Counted from the first letter of the stretch, positions 38,925 through 50,032 are shown. The stretch: 64,000 nt of DNA from an uncultured Pseudomonadota bacterium (GCA_963847705.1 CAWKBC010000001.1:128001-192000), one strand, 5' to 3'. A program made the numbers and translations. The notes: generated by a model from the sequence alone, not told the origin.

Positions 38925-40535
38925 CTACTGGGCGCTCGTCACCTTCAGCATCGTGACGCCGTGGCTCGGAACGGAGGTGGCCGTGAATGATCCGGTGAAC
39001 GTCCCCAGGTCCGTGTGGCTCCAGAGGTCGCGCACCGTCGCAGAGCCGGTGGGGATGCCGAGCGCGCTCCATTGAACGGTGATCGACGCGGTCGAGGTGC
39101 CGCGGTTGAGCAGCGCCACCGCGCGCGTGTTCGTGCCCGACAGCGTCTTCGACCAGACCTGCAGGTTCGTGCCCGGCGAAGCGACGAGGCGTCCCTGCAC
39201 GCCCATCGGATCCTGGTCCACCGCGATGACCTCGCTGTTCGTGAGCGTCGCCTTGGTGGCCGCGCTCATGCTGCGCAGATCATTTCCCGCGATGAGCGGG
39301 GCCGCGAGAATCGCCCACATGCTGAAGTGGGTCTGCCCCTCGGTGTCGGTCAACCCGTTGCCGACCTCCATCATGTCGGGATCGTTCCAGTGTCCGGGCG
39401 CCGCGTACGAATAGAGGTTGGCGTCCTGATCGACGAGGCCGATCATGGATGACCAGCTCCCGTTGATGTCGAAGCCGATGCGCCACATGTTGGCGATCGA
39501 GACCAGGTTGATCGAGCAGGTGTTCGGCGGGCAGCCGGAGCCGTCTCCTGGATTGATGCTGTAGAAGATGGAGCGCCCGGTCGCGCGGAGGGCGTCCCGC
39601 ATGACGGAAAATCCACTCAGCGGACCCGTGCACTTGTCGTACTTGAGATAGTCGATCCCCCACGAGGCGAACGTCTGCGCGTCGCTCGTCTCGTGCCCCT
39701 GGCTGCCGACGCCCGCCGCGCCGAGACTGCCGTAAAGGCTGGCGCAGGTCTTCGTGTTGGGCGTTTCGTAGATCCCGATCTTGAGGCCCTTGCCGTGGAC
39801 GTAGCTTGCCAGCGCAGGAATTCCCGAGGGGAACTTGGTGGTGTCCCACTGGATCTTTCCGCTCGAATCGCGGCCGTTCATCCAGCAGTCGTCCAGGCTG
39901 ACGTATTGGTAACCGACCGCCGCCATGCCGCTCGAGACGAAGGTGTCGGCCATCTGCTTGATGAGCGTCTCGTTCAGGCTGCACTGGAAGGTGTTCCACG
40001 AGTTCCAGCCCATGGGAGGCAGAGCGCCGAGAATCCCACTCGCTCCCGCGGCGCCGCCGGTGCCGGCTCCGCCGCCGCCTGCGGTTCCCCCCGAGCCAGT
40101 CGCTCCTCCTCGACCGCCTGCACCGGCGACGCCTCCGGAACCCGTCGACGCCCCGTGACCGCCCGATCCACCGGTGGCGCCTGTGCCGCCCTGCCCGTTG
40201 GTGCCGCCTTTGCCACCCGCGCCGCTTCCGCCCGTGGTGCCGGCCGTTCCGGCCGACCCCGCGCTCCCACCAGCGCCGCCCGAGCCCAACGTCCCCCCGG
40301 AAGCGGGCGTACCGCCCGAGCCCGGTGCTCCTCCCGAGCCCCTGATCCCTCCCGAGCCGGTCGATCCGCCTGAGCTCGGCGACTCCCCCCCGGAGCCGTT
40401 CGATCCTCCCGAGGCGCTGCTTCCCCCTGGTCCGGCGTCCGACTCCGTCATCGGTGTGCCGCAGGCGGCCCACGACGTCAGCAGAACGGCGCAGCAAAGC
40501 ACGAGGCGAAGGTCCGATCGCGAATAGACGCTCAT
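38925..40535 (-). CDS. GH27 alpha-galactosidase-like lipoprotein
   Basis: PPMGWNSWN, LDDCW, FPSGI, DYLKYDKC, MWRI, WNDPDMMEVGN, FSMWA. Confidence 0.93.
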   Translation of the reverse strand: MSVYSRSDLRLVLCCAVLLTSWAACGTPMTESDAGPGGSSASGGSNGSGGESPSSGGSTGSGGIRGSGGAPGSGGTPASGGTLGSGGAGGSAGSAGTAGTTGGSGAGGKGGTNGQGGTGATGGSGGHGASTGSGGVAGAGGRGGATGSGGTAGGGGAGTGGAAGASGILGALPPMGWNSWNTFQCSLNETLIKQMADTFVSSGMAAVGYQYVSLDDCWMNGRDSSGKIQWDTTKFPSGIPALASYVHGKGLKIGIYETPNTKTCASLYGSLGAAGVGSQGHETSDAQTFASWGIDYLKYDKCTGPLSGFSVMRDALRATGRSIFYSINPGDGSGCPPNTCSINLVSIANMWRIGFDINGSWSSMIGLVDQDANLYSYAAPGHWNDPDMMEVGNGLTDTEGQTHFSMWAILAAPLIAGNDLRSMSAATKATLTNSEVIAVDQDPMGVQGRLVASPGTNLQVWSKTLSGTNTRAVALLNRGTSTASITVQWSALGIPTGSATVRDLWSHTDLGTFTGSFTATSVPSHGVTMLKVTSAQ

Positions 40536-40543
40536 GTTATCTG

Positions 40544-40569
40544 TTGTCGGCGAGCAGCCGGCTTGTCAG
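40544..40569 (-). promoter_or_regulatory. Bipartite element CTGACAA-N14-GACAA upstream of the GH27 gene
   Basis: 8 nt before ATG; no Shine-Dalgarno. Confidence 0.65.
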
Positions 40570-40658
40570 AAAATGTTCCATTCCCCGTGGCTCGCCTCCC
40601 GAGTGTTTGACGATCTCCTGGACAGGGAGGGTCGTCTGTCGGCGACGGCTCGACCCGT

Positions 40659-41861
<1,203 letters not shown>

Positions 41862-41926
41862 GGATACGCATGAAAAGAAACCAGGTGCGATCGCCGTGGC
41901 GGTTATTGGACGGCCTCCCCTGTCGA

Positions 41927-41953
41927 TTGCCGTGAGGACGGCGAAGTTGTCAC
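41927..41953 (-). promoter_or_regulatory. Variant element GTGACAA-N15-GGCAA upstream of the CBM-like lipoprotein
   Basis: One mismatch in the second half-site; divergent from the copy at 42031. Confidence 0.55.
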
Positions 41954-42030
41954 AGGAACGAAGGATCGGGCCGGAACGTCGAGCAGACGCGACCCGCACA
42001 AAGCCCGCCGTCCTGAGCCCGTCTCGTTTC

Positions 42031-42057
42031 ATGACAACAGAACGGCGAGAACGACAA
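42031..42057 (+). promoter_or_regulatory. Bipartite element ATGACAA-N15-GACAA upstream of the GH10 gene
   Basis: Exact core match. Confidence 0.7.
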
Positions 42058-42162
42058 ACATTCAAAACCACGTGCCAGGTCGACGGTCGCGTGCGCGCGG
42101 CGGTTCACCCGAGCCCCCAACTTCGATGGGACGGATACATGCGTCGATCTGATGGACTGTTC

Positions 42163-43464
42163 ATGCGACGGATCGGGACCGGTGTCGCAATGATGGCCAT
42201 GCTCGGCCTGTCATGCGCCGGCAGCGAGGATGTCACCTCTGGAGCTGGCGGTAGCCCCGGCAGCGGTGGCGCCAGCGCGGCGACCGGCGGCGCCAGCTCG
42301 GCGAGCGGCGGCGCATTCGGGTCGGGCGGGATCTTGGGGAGCGGCGGCAACGGAGCAGGCGGCGTGACGGGGACCGGCGGAACGGAGACAGGGGGCATCG
42401 CAGGCGGCGGTGCGTCCGGGTCCGCGGGCGGAGGCACGTCGGGACGGGCGGGCAGCGGCGGCGCGGGTGCCGGCGGACGAGGCGGTGAGGCCGGCGCCCC
42501 GGGGCGCGGCGGCGCGGCCGGTGCCGGCACCGTCGGTGCTGCCGGGACCTCGGGCACGGGCGGCACCACCGGGACTGGAGGTGGCGGAACCATCCAGTGG
42601 CCGAAGAAATTCTTGGGGAACATCACCCAGCGCGGCCAGATCCCCTCGAACTTCACGACCTACTGGGATCAGATCGTCCCGGAGAACGAGGGGAAGTGGG
42701 GCTCGGTCGAAGGGACGCAAGGCCAGTACAACTGGACCGCGCTCGACAACATTCACAGCTTCGCCAAGCAGCACAATATCCCCTTCAAGGAACACAATTT
42801 CGTCTGGGGGAGCCAGCAGCCGGGCTGGATCGGTGGCCTGTCGCAAGCCAACCAGAAGGCGGCGGTCGAGGACTGGATCAAGCAGTTCTGCACCCGTTAT
42901 CCGGACACGCAGATGATCGACGTGCTCAACGAGCCACCGCCTCACACGACGCCGTCCTACCTGGCCGCGCTGGGCGGTGCCGGTGCCAGCGGTTACGACT
43001 GGGTCATCACCATCTTCAAGTGGGCACGTCAGTACTGCCCCACCTCGATCCTGATCGTGAACGATTACAACATCATCGAGCAGTCGGGCGACAACAACAA
43101 CATGATCAAGCTCGTCACCAGCGCGATGAAGGGGGGCGCGCCGATCGACGCCATCGGGGCTCAGTCGCACGGTCTGACCAACGCCTCGGCCAGCACCACG
43201 CAGATGTACATCGACAAGCTGTCCTCGTCGACGGGCCTGCCGGTGCTGATCAGCGAGTTCGACCTCAACATCGCCGACGACACGCAGCAAAAGAATCAGA
43301 TGCAGAGCCTGTTCACCATGTTCTGGAACGACACCAACGTGAAGGGCGTCACCTACTGGGGGTACATCCAGGGCGAGACCTGGGAGACGAACACCTGGCT
43401 CCTGAGCAGCGGCGGCACAGAACGTTCGGCGATGAGTTGGCTCATGCAGTTCGTCGGACGGTAG
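42163..43464 (+). CDS. GH10 endo-1,4-beta-xylanase lipoprotein
   Basis: Lipobox GLSC; PENEGKW, HNFVWGSQQP, DVLNEP, NDYN, IGAQSH, ISEFD, TYWG. Confidence 0.93.
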   Translation: MRRIGTGVAMMAMLGLSCAGSEDVTSGAGGSPGSGGASAATGGASSASGGAFGSGGILGSGGNGAGGVTGTGGTETGGIAGGGASGSAGGGTSGRAGSGGAGAGGRGGEAGAPGRGGAAGAGTVGAAGTSGTGGTTGTGGGGTIQWPKKFLGNITQRGQIPSNFTTYWDQIVPENEGKWGSVEGTQGQYNWTALDNIHSFAKQHNIPFKEHNFVWGSQQPGWIGGLSQANQKAAVEDWIKQFCTRYPDTQMIDVLNEPPPHTTPSYLAALGGAGASGYDWVITIFKWARQYCPTSILIVNDYNIIEQSGDNNNMIKLVTSAMKGGAPIDAIGAQSHGLTNASASTTQMYIDKLSSSTGLPVLISEFDLNIADDTQQKNQMQSLFTMFWNDTNVKGVTYWGYIQGETWETNTWLLSSGGTERSAMSWLMQFVGR

Positions 43465-43493
43465 CCAAAAAAAGCACGTCTGGCTGCCAAATG

Positions 43494-43520
43494 GTGACAC
43501 AAACGGTGGCCGCCAGACAG
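43494..43520 (+). promoter_or_regulatory. Variant element GTGACAC-N15-GACAG upstream of the GH39-CBM6 gene
   Basis: 20-bp period kept; 8 nt before ATG; no Shine-Dalgarno. Confidence 0.55.
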
Positions 43521-43528
43521 ATACTTAC

Positions 43529-46021
43529 ATGAGGACCATTCTGAATCCGGCCGCTGCGATCGGCGCCCTCGCGCTGGCGCTGCTGACGGGGCCGCGCGCG
43601 GCGAACGCCACCAACTACACCATCACGGTAGATGCATCGAAGCAGACCGCGGGCAACCCGCCTTTCTGGGCGGCCAGCGTCGGGACGGGCACGGCCAGCC
43701 TCACGCTGCGGTCCGATCTCGAGACGCACTACAAGATCGGCGCCCGCGAGGCCGGCTTCAAGCGCGTGCGTGGTCACGGCGTCCTCAGTGACGCCATGGG
43801 CATCTACAAGGGTCCCGGCTCTTACAGCTGGACGAACTTCGACAAGTACCTGGCCGCCATCGTCTCGGCGGGGATGCGCCCGATCATGGAGATGGACTTC
43901 ATGCCGACGGCCCTCGCGCTGAACGGCAACGACAAGGACATCTACAAGAGCGTGACCGACTACAAGAACTTCATCCAGGCGGTGGTCCAGCACTGCGTGG
44001 ACAAGTACGGCATGTCGGACGTCTCGCAGTGGTACTGGGAGATCTGGAACGAGCCCGACTATCCGGGTTTCTGGAACGGTTCGAACTCCAGCGAGGCGAC
44101 CAGCGCCAAGATGACCGAGTACTACAGCCTCTACGACGCGGCGGTCGCCGCCATCACCGCCGTCTTGCCCAGCGCCTTCGTCGGCGGGCCGACCACGACC
44201 ACCTACGGTCCCATCGGTGACTTCTTGAAGCACTGCAAGAGCGCGGGGACTCGCGTGACCTTCGCCTCGTCGCACGTCTATCCGGGCGGTGCGAACACTG
44301 GCTCCTCGGCGGACGCCAATGGGCTGGTGAGCGACAACAACAGTCGAATCAGCCAGATCACCAGCGGCGGTTACACCACCTCCTCGGTGATGTCGTTCAA
44401 CACCGAGTGGAACTCGTCGTACTCCGGCCAGGGCGGCCTCGCCGGTGACGTCGTCACCAGCATGGACAACAACTGGAACGTCGGCTTCATTCTCAAGGGG
44501 ACGAAGCTGCTCTCCGACAAGAACTCGGGCAACACGCCGCCGCTCAGCGTGTTCTCGTACTGGGTGCTGTCGGACGTCTTCGACGAATCGAGCGGCCCCT
44601 CCGGCTCCTACATTCTCGGCCAGACGGCAAATGGAACGCTCCCCTTCGGTCAGGTGTTCGGTCTCATGACCTTCCAGGGGATTCGCAAGGCGTCCTTCAA
44701 CGCCTTCAAGATGCTGAACTACCTCGGCCCCACGCGCCTGCAGTCGAGCGGCGGCACCAGCAGCGACGGCGTCGACGCCATGGCCACCACGTCGAGCAGC
44801 GGCGACTCGATCCAGATCCTGGCGTACGACCAGTACGCGACGCTCAACACCACCGGCACCGACAGCGTGACCATCAACGTGAGCAACTTGCCCTCCGCGC
44901 TGGCCGGCAATCAGGTCTTCGTCACGCAGTTCATCGTCGACGCCACCCACAGCAACCCGTACAGCGTCTGGACCAGCCAGAGCAAGCCGACCGCGCCGAC
45001 CGAGGCCCAGCTGCAAGCCATGAAGGCGGCGCAGCACCTGGCGCTCCTCCAGCCGGTCAGCATGGCGACCCTCACCACCTCGTACACGACCACCTTCACC
45101 ATGAACCGGCAGGCGGGGACGCTTCTCATCCTCAGCCTGAAGCGCCCGGTGACCGGACGCGACGGTCTTGGAACGATGGAAGGCGAGGACTACGACGGCC
45201 AATCGGGCGCGACCAAGGAAGACAGCAACGACACCGACCTGGGCCAGTCGATCTCCGTGACCAGCGGCGGATCGATCTTCTACGACGTGGTCGACTTCAG
45301 CGACGCGGGCGTCGGCTCCGTGCAGATGCGCGTCAACGCCTCGGCCGCGACCAACCTCGAGCTCCACGCCGACTCCGCCACCGGCACGCTGCTCGGCAAG
45401 TGCGCCGTCAGCGCCACCAGCGGCGCGTGGGCCACGCAGTCTTGCACCCTGACCCCGATCAGCGGCGTTCACACGCTCTACGTGGTCTTCGACGGCGCCG
45501 CACACCTCAACTGGCTTCTGTTCCAACCGGCCTCGACCAGCACGACCGGGACCGGTGGGAGCGGCGCCGGCACGGGCGGCTCGAGCGGCACCGGCGGAGT
45601 CGGGGGCAAGAGCGGCGGGACCGGCGGCACGGGAACCACCGGCGCCGGTGGTACGGGAACGACCGGCACCGGTGGCACGGGAACCACCGGGACCGGCGGC
45701 ACGGGAACCACTGGCACGGGCGGCACGGGAACGACCGGCACAGGTGGCGCGATCGTCAGCGGCACGGGCGGCACTGGAACTCCCGGCGCGGGTGGGTCAG
45801 GGACCGGCGGCACTGGCACCGGGGGCTCGGGTACGAGCTCAGGGACCGGCGGCTCCGGATTTGGCGGAGGCACGGGCTCCGGTGGAGCGTCTCCAGCCAG
45901 CGGCGGCAGCGGCTGCGCTTGCGACGTGGGCGGTTCGACGGGAGCGCCAGGAACGGGCCTTCTGCTCGGGCTGGTGATGGTGGTGGCCGGCGTTCGCCGA
46001 CGGCGCGGCGCACGTCGCTGA
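43529..46021 (+). CDS. GH39 beta-xylosidase-like enzyme with CBM6-like domain, Gly/Thr linker and MYXO-CTERM
   Basis: RVRGHG, MEMDFMP, WEIWNEPD, NTEWN, FGL; EGEDYD...VDFS...LELHADSATG..LG...GVHTLYVVF (CBM6-like); GCACDVG...TM...RRRR. Confidence 0.9.
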   Translation: MRTILNPAAAIGALALALLTGPRAANATNYTITVDASKQTAGNPPFWAASVGTGTASLTLRSDLETHYKIGAREAGFKRVRGHGVLSDAMGIYKGPGSYSWTNFDKYLAAIVSAGMRPIMEMDFMPTALALNGNDKDIYKSVTDYKNFIQAVVQHCVDKYGMSDVSQWYWEIWNEPDYPGFWNGSNSSEATSAKMTEYYSLYDAAVAAITAVLPSAFVGGPTTTTYGPIGDFLKHCKSAGTRVTFASSHVYPGGANTGSSADANGLVSDNNSRISQITSGGYTTSSVMSFNTEWNSSYSGQGGLAGDVVTSMDNNWNVGFILKGTKLLSDKNSGNTPPLSVFSYWVLSDVFDESSGPSGSYILGQTANGTLPFGQVFGLMTFQGIRKASFNAFKMLNYLGPTRLQSSGGTSSDGVDAMATTSSSGDSIQILAYDQYATLNTTGTDSVTINVSNLPSALAGNQVFVTQFIVDATHSNPYSVWTSQSKPTAPTEAQLQAMKAAQHLALLQPVSMATLTTSYTTTFTMNRQAGTLLILSLKRPVTGRDGLGTMEGEDYDGQSGATKEDSNDTDLGQSISVTSGGSIFYDVVDFSDAGVGSVQMRVNASAATNLELHADSATGTLLGKCAVSATSGAWATQSCTLTPISGVHTLYVVFDGAAHLNWLLFQPASTSTTGTGGSGAGTGGSSGTGGVGGKSGGTGGTGTTGAGGTGTTGTGGTGTTGTGGTGTTGTGGTGTTGTGGAIVSGTGGTGTPGAGGSGTGGTGTGGSGTSSGTGGSGFGGGTGSGGASPASGGSGCACDVGGSTGAPGTGLLLGLVMVVAGVRRRRGARR

Positions 46022-46055
46022 CGGATCCCGGCGCCCCGTTTCACTTGAGAACGTC

Positions 46056-47723
46056 GTGAGCTCACGCCGCACCACGCTGCCGGCGGTCGCCCCGGCACGC
46101 CGCTTTGCCCCCGTCGTCGCTCTTCTGGCCGTCGCCTGCACGAGCGGAGCGGCTGACCCCGGCACGATCTGCCCCGCCGGTCAGACGGCCTGTGGGGCGA
46201 CCTGCCTCGACGTCTCCGCCGATCCGCTGAACTGCGGTGGTTGCGGCATTCCTTGCTCGGCGGGACAGCTCTGTCAGGCAGGCGCCTGCCAGTGCGCGTC
46301 CGGGACATTGTGCAACGGTTCCTGCGTTGCGCCCGATGCCGGCGTCTGCGGTTCCGCCGGCGCGACCGGCAGCCCCCCGATGCTGGTGACCTCCGGGCCC
46401 GGCGCTTACTGGAAGACGGACGGCGTGTTGACCGCGGTGACGGCCGGCGGCGCCGACGTGACGGTCGACGAGGCATCGACGGCGCAGACCTGGGAAGGGT
46501 TCGGCGGCGCGTTCAACGAGATGGGCTGGAACGATCTCTCCATGCTCAGCCAGACCGACCGTGACACGGCGCTCGAGCTGCTTTACGGCGCAGACGGGGC
46601 GCGCTTCGTCTTCGGGAGGATCCCGATCGGGGCCAGCGACTATGCAATGGATCGCTACACCGACGACGAAACCAGCAGCGGTTCGGACGACCAGCTCACC
46701 GGCTTCTCGATCGCCCGCGACATGGAGAGGCTCATCCCCTACGTCAAGGCCGCGCAGGCGGTCAAACCGAGCATCCGATTCTGGGCCAGCCCCTGGACGC
46801 CACCGACCTGGATGAAGCAGGGCCCGTTTTCAGCGGGCAACATGCCGAGCCCCTTCGACGGTGGGACCATGAAGACCGACGCCGCCACGATGGAGGCGTT
46901 CGCGCAGTACCTGATCGCCTTCGTGCAGGCGTACGCGCTGCAGGGAATCAGCATCGAGGCGATCTCCGCCCAGAATGAGCCGAACTACACTGGAACATAC
47001 CCGACCTGCGGCTGGTCGCCGGCGCCCTACACGACGTTCATCGGCCAGTATCTCGGCCCGGCCGTCGCCGGCGCCGGGCTGACGACCAAGATCATGCTCG
47101 GCACCTTCAACGGCGGCGGGTCTGACAGATCGATCGTCAGCAGCGTGATGGGCGACGCCACGGCGCGCGGCTACGTCAAGGTGCTGGGGTATCAGTGGGG
47201 GATGCAGAGTGACGTCGCCGGCGCCAAACATTATGACCTTCCCGTTTGGCAAACGGAGCACAAGTGCGGCAACTATCCCTGGGAGACGCCGTTCGACGCG
47301 GCCATGGCGCCCAACGATCAGGCGTACGCGGTCGAGAGCTGGGGCCTCATCCGCGACTGGATCAGGGCGGGCGTCACCGCGTACAGCGCCTGGAACATGG
47401 TGCTGGACACGGTGGGCGTCGGAATCGACTCGACGCGCGTGTGGCCACAGGACGCCCTTCTGGTGGTGGACACATCCGCCAAGACGCTGATCGTCACGCC
47501 GGCCTATTATGTCTTCCGGCACCTCTCGCAATTCGTGGCACCGGGAGCCAAGGTCCTGGCGACGACCGGCGGCGACGCCTTGGCATTCAAGAACCCAGAC
47601 GGCAGCCTCGTCGCCGTGCTCTACAACTCCGGGTCGGCCAAGATGATGACCGTCGCCCTCGCCGGCAAGAAGCTTCAATTCGCCATGCCCGCCGACGGCT
47701 GGGCCACCGTGCTGTCGCGCTGA
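46056..47723 (+). CDS. GH30 lipoprotein with N-terminal Cys-rich (DPxNCGxCG) repeat
   Basis: Lipobox AVAC; CPAGQTACG..C.D...DPLNCGGCG; catalytic domain is a paralog of 36610 (QNEPN, QTEH). Confidence 0.88.
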   Translation: MSSRRTTLPAVAPARRFAPVVALLAVACTSGAADPGTICPAGQTACGATCLDVSADPLNCGGCGIPCSAGQLCQAGACQCASGTLCNGSCVAPDAGVCGSAGATGSPPMLVTSGPGAYWKTDGVLTAVTAGGADVTVDEASTAQTWEGFGGAFNEMGWNDLSMLSQTDRDTALELLYGADGARFVFGRIPIGASDYAMDRYTDDETSSGSDDQLTGFSIARDMERLIPYVKAAQAVKPSIRFWASPWTPPTWMKQGPFSAGNMPSPFDGGTMKTDAATMEAFAQYLIAFVQAYALQGISIEAISAQNEPNYTGTYPTCGWSPAPYTTFIGQYLGPAVAGAGLTTKIMLGTFNGGGSDRSIVSSVMGDATARGYVKVLGYQWGMQSDVAGAKHYDLPVWQTEHKCGNYPWETPFDAAMAPNDQAYAVESWGLIRDWIRAGVTAYSAWNMVLDTVGVGIDSTRVWPQDALLVVDTSAKTLIVTPAYYVFRHLSQFVAPGAKVLATTGGDALAFKNPDGSLVAVLYNSGSAKMMTVALAGKKLQFAMPADGWATVLSR

Positions 47724-47802
47724 CCGAACCGGAGCGCACAAATGAATTCGGCCGGTCCCGCGCAGCGGAACCGGCCGAATCGTGACGATGCCTCGAGCGG
47801 GG

Positions 47803-49206
47803 CTAGTTCATCGGGAAGGCCTGGATGTAGAGCTTCTGATTGCTCCCGCCGCTGCAATCCCAGATTTGCATCGGCAGGCCGGGCGAGGTGCTTCCGGCAT
47901 TTTCGTCCATGCAGCGATTGGCCTGGACGTTCTTGAAGATGAAGGCGCCGGTCTGGGCGTCCGCGGTGATGTTCCAGGCCTCGCTCGGCTTTCCGGCCTG
48001 ACAGTCGTTGATCCGGAGCTGGGTCGAGTTGCCCAGCGAGCTGCCGCTGCCTGCCAGGTCGATGCACTTGGTGTTGTTGGCGTTCATCACGATGTGCCAG
48101 TTCGGTCCGTCGGGGAGCAGGTTGAACATCTGGGGCGTTCCGTTCCAGGTCGTGTACTGCTGGACAGTGGTCCCGTCAGTGGTCGAGCCGTTGGCGATGT
48201 CGAGCGAGACGTTGCCGCCACCGGTCAGCGGAGCCAGACGGTAGATGTAGCCCGAGTCGAAGACCGGCGTGTAGTTGTTGTTGCGCCAGACGGTGATGCC
48301 GTGCTGCCAGACGCCGCCATTCGAGGGGCTGGTCAGGGCCTTGTAGCCATCGGGGCAGCCAGCCGCGGGATTCGTGTTCGAGCCGGGAGGGCAGCTTCCC
48401 CCGACCCCAGCGCTGAATTGCCCCACCGATCCAGGCGCATTCTGGCAGAGCGCGCCGCTGCCGAACGGGTTGACGTAGGGAGCGCCGACCTGATTGGCGC
48501 CGAGGCGACCGGCGACGACGCCGCTGGCGCCGCCGGGGAAGCCCGCACCCTCGCAGTAGTAGGCGACCGGCGCGACCACGGTGGGCTTGGAGAGGTTGGT
48601 GAGCGATCCGGTGTCCAGGATGTCGCCAAAGAAGGTCCCCTCCTGCATCGGGTAGTTCACCCGATCGACGCCCCAGCCGATGCTCGGGTCATTGGAGTCG
48701 AGCCAGAGGGGGACGTGAACCCCCGCGGTGTTGACGTGGGCGATCATGCAGGCGGAGAGGCCCTCCATGCAGGTCGAGTTGGTCGAAACGCCACCGTTCT
48801 TCCAGGCGGGGCAGAGACCAAGCCCGCCTGCGTAGGTGTAGTTGACGCCATTCTGATCCTGCTTGACCAGCGTGTCGTTGGCGTTGAGGGCGCACTTGAC
48901 CAGGTAGGAGATCGTCTTGCGGCCGCCCGAGGTGGTCATGAGGCCATTGATCGACGACAGGCCGTTGATCGACGACAGGCCGTTGATCGACGACAGGCCA
49001 TTGATCGACGACAGGCCGTTGATCGACGACAGGCCGTTGATCGACGACAGACCGTTGATCGACGACAGGCCGTTGATCGACGACAGCGCGAAATCGTGAC
49101 TGGTGGTCTCGACGTCGCCAGCCTGGTCACCGCCGCAGCCGATGAGGCCCACGATGGCGCCGAGCGCGATGCTGATCTGGATGGTTCTTTTACCGAGTTC
49201 TCGCAT
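47803..49206 (-). CDS. Lipoprotein with (LSSING)8 repeat, Cys-rich core and C-terminal ricin-B (CBM13-like) lectin
   Basis: Lipobox LIGC; tandem repeat; QxW-type subdomains (VQQY..QMF, KCIDL..EAW, RCMD..QIWDC..NQK). Confidence 0.8.
   Translation of the reverse strand: MRELGKRTIQISIALGAIVGLIGCGGDQAGDVETTSHDFALSSINGLSSINGLSSINGLSSINGLSSINGLSSINGLSSINGLSSINGLMTTSGGRKTISYLVKCALNANDTLVKQDQNGVNYTYAGGLGLCPAWKNGGVSTNSTCMEGLSACMIAHVNTAGVHVPLWLDSNDPSIGWGVDRVNYPMQEGTFFGDILDTGSLTNLSKPTVVAPVAYYCEGAGFPGGASGVVAGRLGANQVGAPYVNPFGSGALCQNAPGSVGQFSAGVGGSCPPGSNTNPAAGCPDGYKALTSPSNGGVWQHGITVWRNNNYTPVFDSGYIYRLAPLTGGGNVSLDIANGSTTDGTTVQQYTTWNGTPQMFNLLPDGPNWHIVMNANNTKCIDLAGSGSSLGNSTQLRINDCQAGKPSEAWNITADAQTGAFIFKNVQANRCMDENAGSTSPGLPMQIWDCSGGSNQKLYIQAFPMN
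48943..49086. repeat. 18-bp tandem repeat, 8 copies (GCCGTTGATCGACGACAG)
   Basis: Eight near-identical units read directly from the sequence; encodes LSSING on the minus strand. Confidence 0.97.
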
Positions 49207-49494
49207 GATGGTTTCCCCCTGAGGCAACCCGGCTGACTGCGTGAGTCCCGATGGTTTTGCGTCCCCCGATCGCTCGGGGTTTGCGGTTTGGTCACAGGTG
49301 CTGCTGATGGACACAGGGATACAAAAGCAGTAATCAGGCCAACCATTTTTTTAGTGAAATAGCGGCTCAATGGGGAGTTTGGACACCATCCGTTGTTGCC
49401 AAAACAACAGAATGGATGTCGCCGAGGCAACGCTTGGCGAGGACGCGTGACGCAGGGGAGGCGTCGCTGGCGCCGCGATGCGGCACGAAAAATC

Positions 49495-49665
49495 TCAGTC
49501 GCGCAGAGCTTTTAGTATTCGGCGATGGCGCCCATCGCGGACGTGGACGCGCTTGCACCGAGCAGAACAGGCAAAGACGACGATCCGGGCTTTCTCGCAG
49601 ATCGTGCAAACCCAGAACGAGGCGATCGGCTGGCGGCAAACCGAGCAGCTCTGTGCACCGGGCAT
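49495..49665 (-). CDS. Small zinc-finger protein (HIT/MYND-like), 56 aa
   Basis: CSVC-X9-CTIC-X9-CSARC-X3-H-X5-H; ATG 1 nt after the upstream stop. Confidence 0.55.
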   Translation of the reverse strand: MPGAQSCSVCRQPIASFWVCTICEKARIVVFACSARCKRVHVRDGRHRRILKALRD

Positions 49666-49666
49666 G

Positions 49667-49896
49667 TCAGGTGGGCTCAAAAGGCTGGTTCGAACCGGTC
49701 CCGGTGAGGCGCGGTCGATAATCTCTGGGCTGGCGCGCGTCAACGACCTGGCAGGTCAGCTCCTCGGCCGCCTCTCGATCGAGCGGCAGCGTGACCGGTC
49801 CGACGGTGATCAGGAAGCCACGAGCCGAGGGACAACCTCCAGGTGGGCCCTAACATTCCGAAATCTATGTTTCTTTCCGGGCTTTCTGATCGCCAT
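49667..49896 (-). pseudogene. Small hypothetical gene interrupted by an apparent 1-nt deletion near 49835
   Basis: MAIRKPGKKHRFRNVRAHLEV joins CPSARGFLITVGPVTLPLDREAAEELTCQVVDA... if one base is restored; motif 14 nt upstream; stop abuts the zinc-finger ATG. Confidence 0.4.
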
Positions 49897-49910
49897 CCCG
49901 CTCTGTGTAT

Positions 49911-49937
49911 TTGTCTCGTCCACCTCCGCATTGTCAT
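49911..49937 (-). promoter_or_regulatory. Bipartite element ATGACAA-N15-GACAA pointing at the small-gene pair
   Basis: TTGTC at 49911 and 49931 on the plus strand. Confidence 0.7.
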
Positions 49938-49988
49938 GGAACCGGGGGTACGCAATCGCACCACCCATCCCGAACCCTGACAGGTTGT

Positions 49989-50015
49989 CTGACAAGGCAG
50001 GGCAGATCGCGACAA
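49989..50015 (+). promoter_or_regulatory. Bipartite element CTGACAA-N15-GACAA upstream of the ECF sigma factor
   Basis: Exact match; 17 nt before GTG 50033. Confidence 0.75.
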
Positions 50016-50032
50016 TGGTCGGGTGGGTTATT

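Noticed and set aside
38925-40535. GH27 as a beta-L-arabinopyranosidase, given the arabinose context
   Set aside because: It has the DD (LDDCW) signature of alpha-galactosidases rather than the Glu variant; not fully excluded without an assay
48943-49086. 18-bp repeat array as a possible CRISPR
   Set aside because: Units are contiguous with no spacers, lie in frame inside a CDS, and no cas genes are present
49478-50032. N-terminal extension with an apparent TM segment on the ECF sigma
   Set aside because: The paralog at 52509 starts at the equivalent of 50033; this region holds two motif copies and small minus-strand genes
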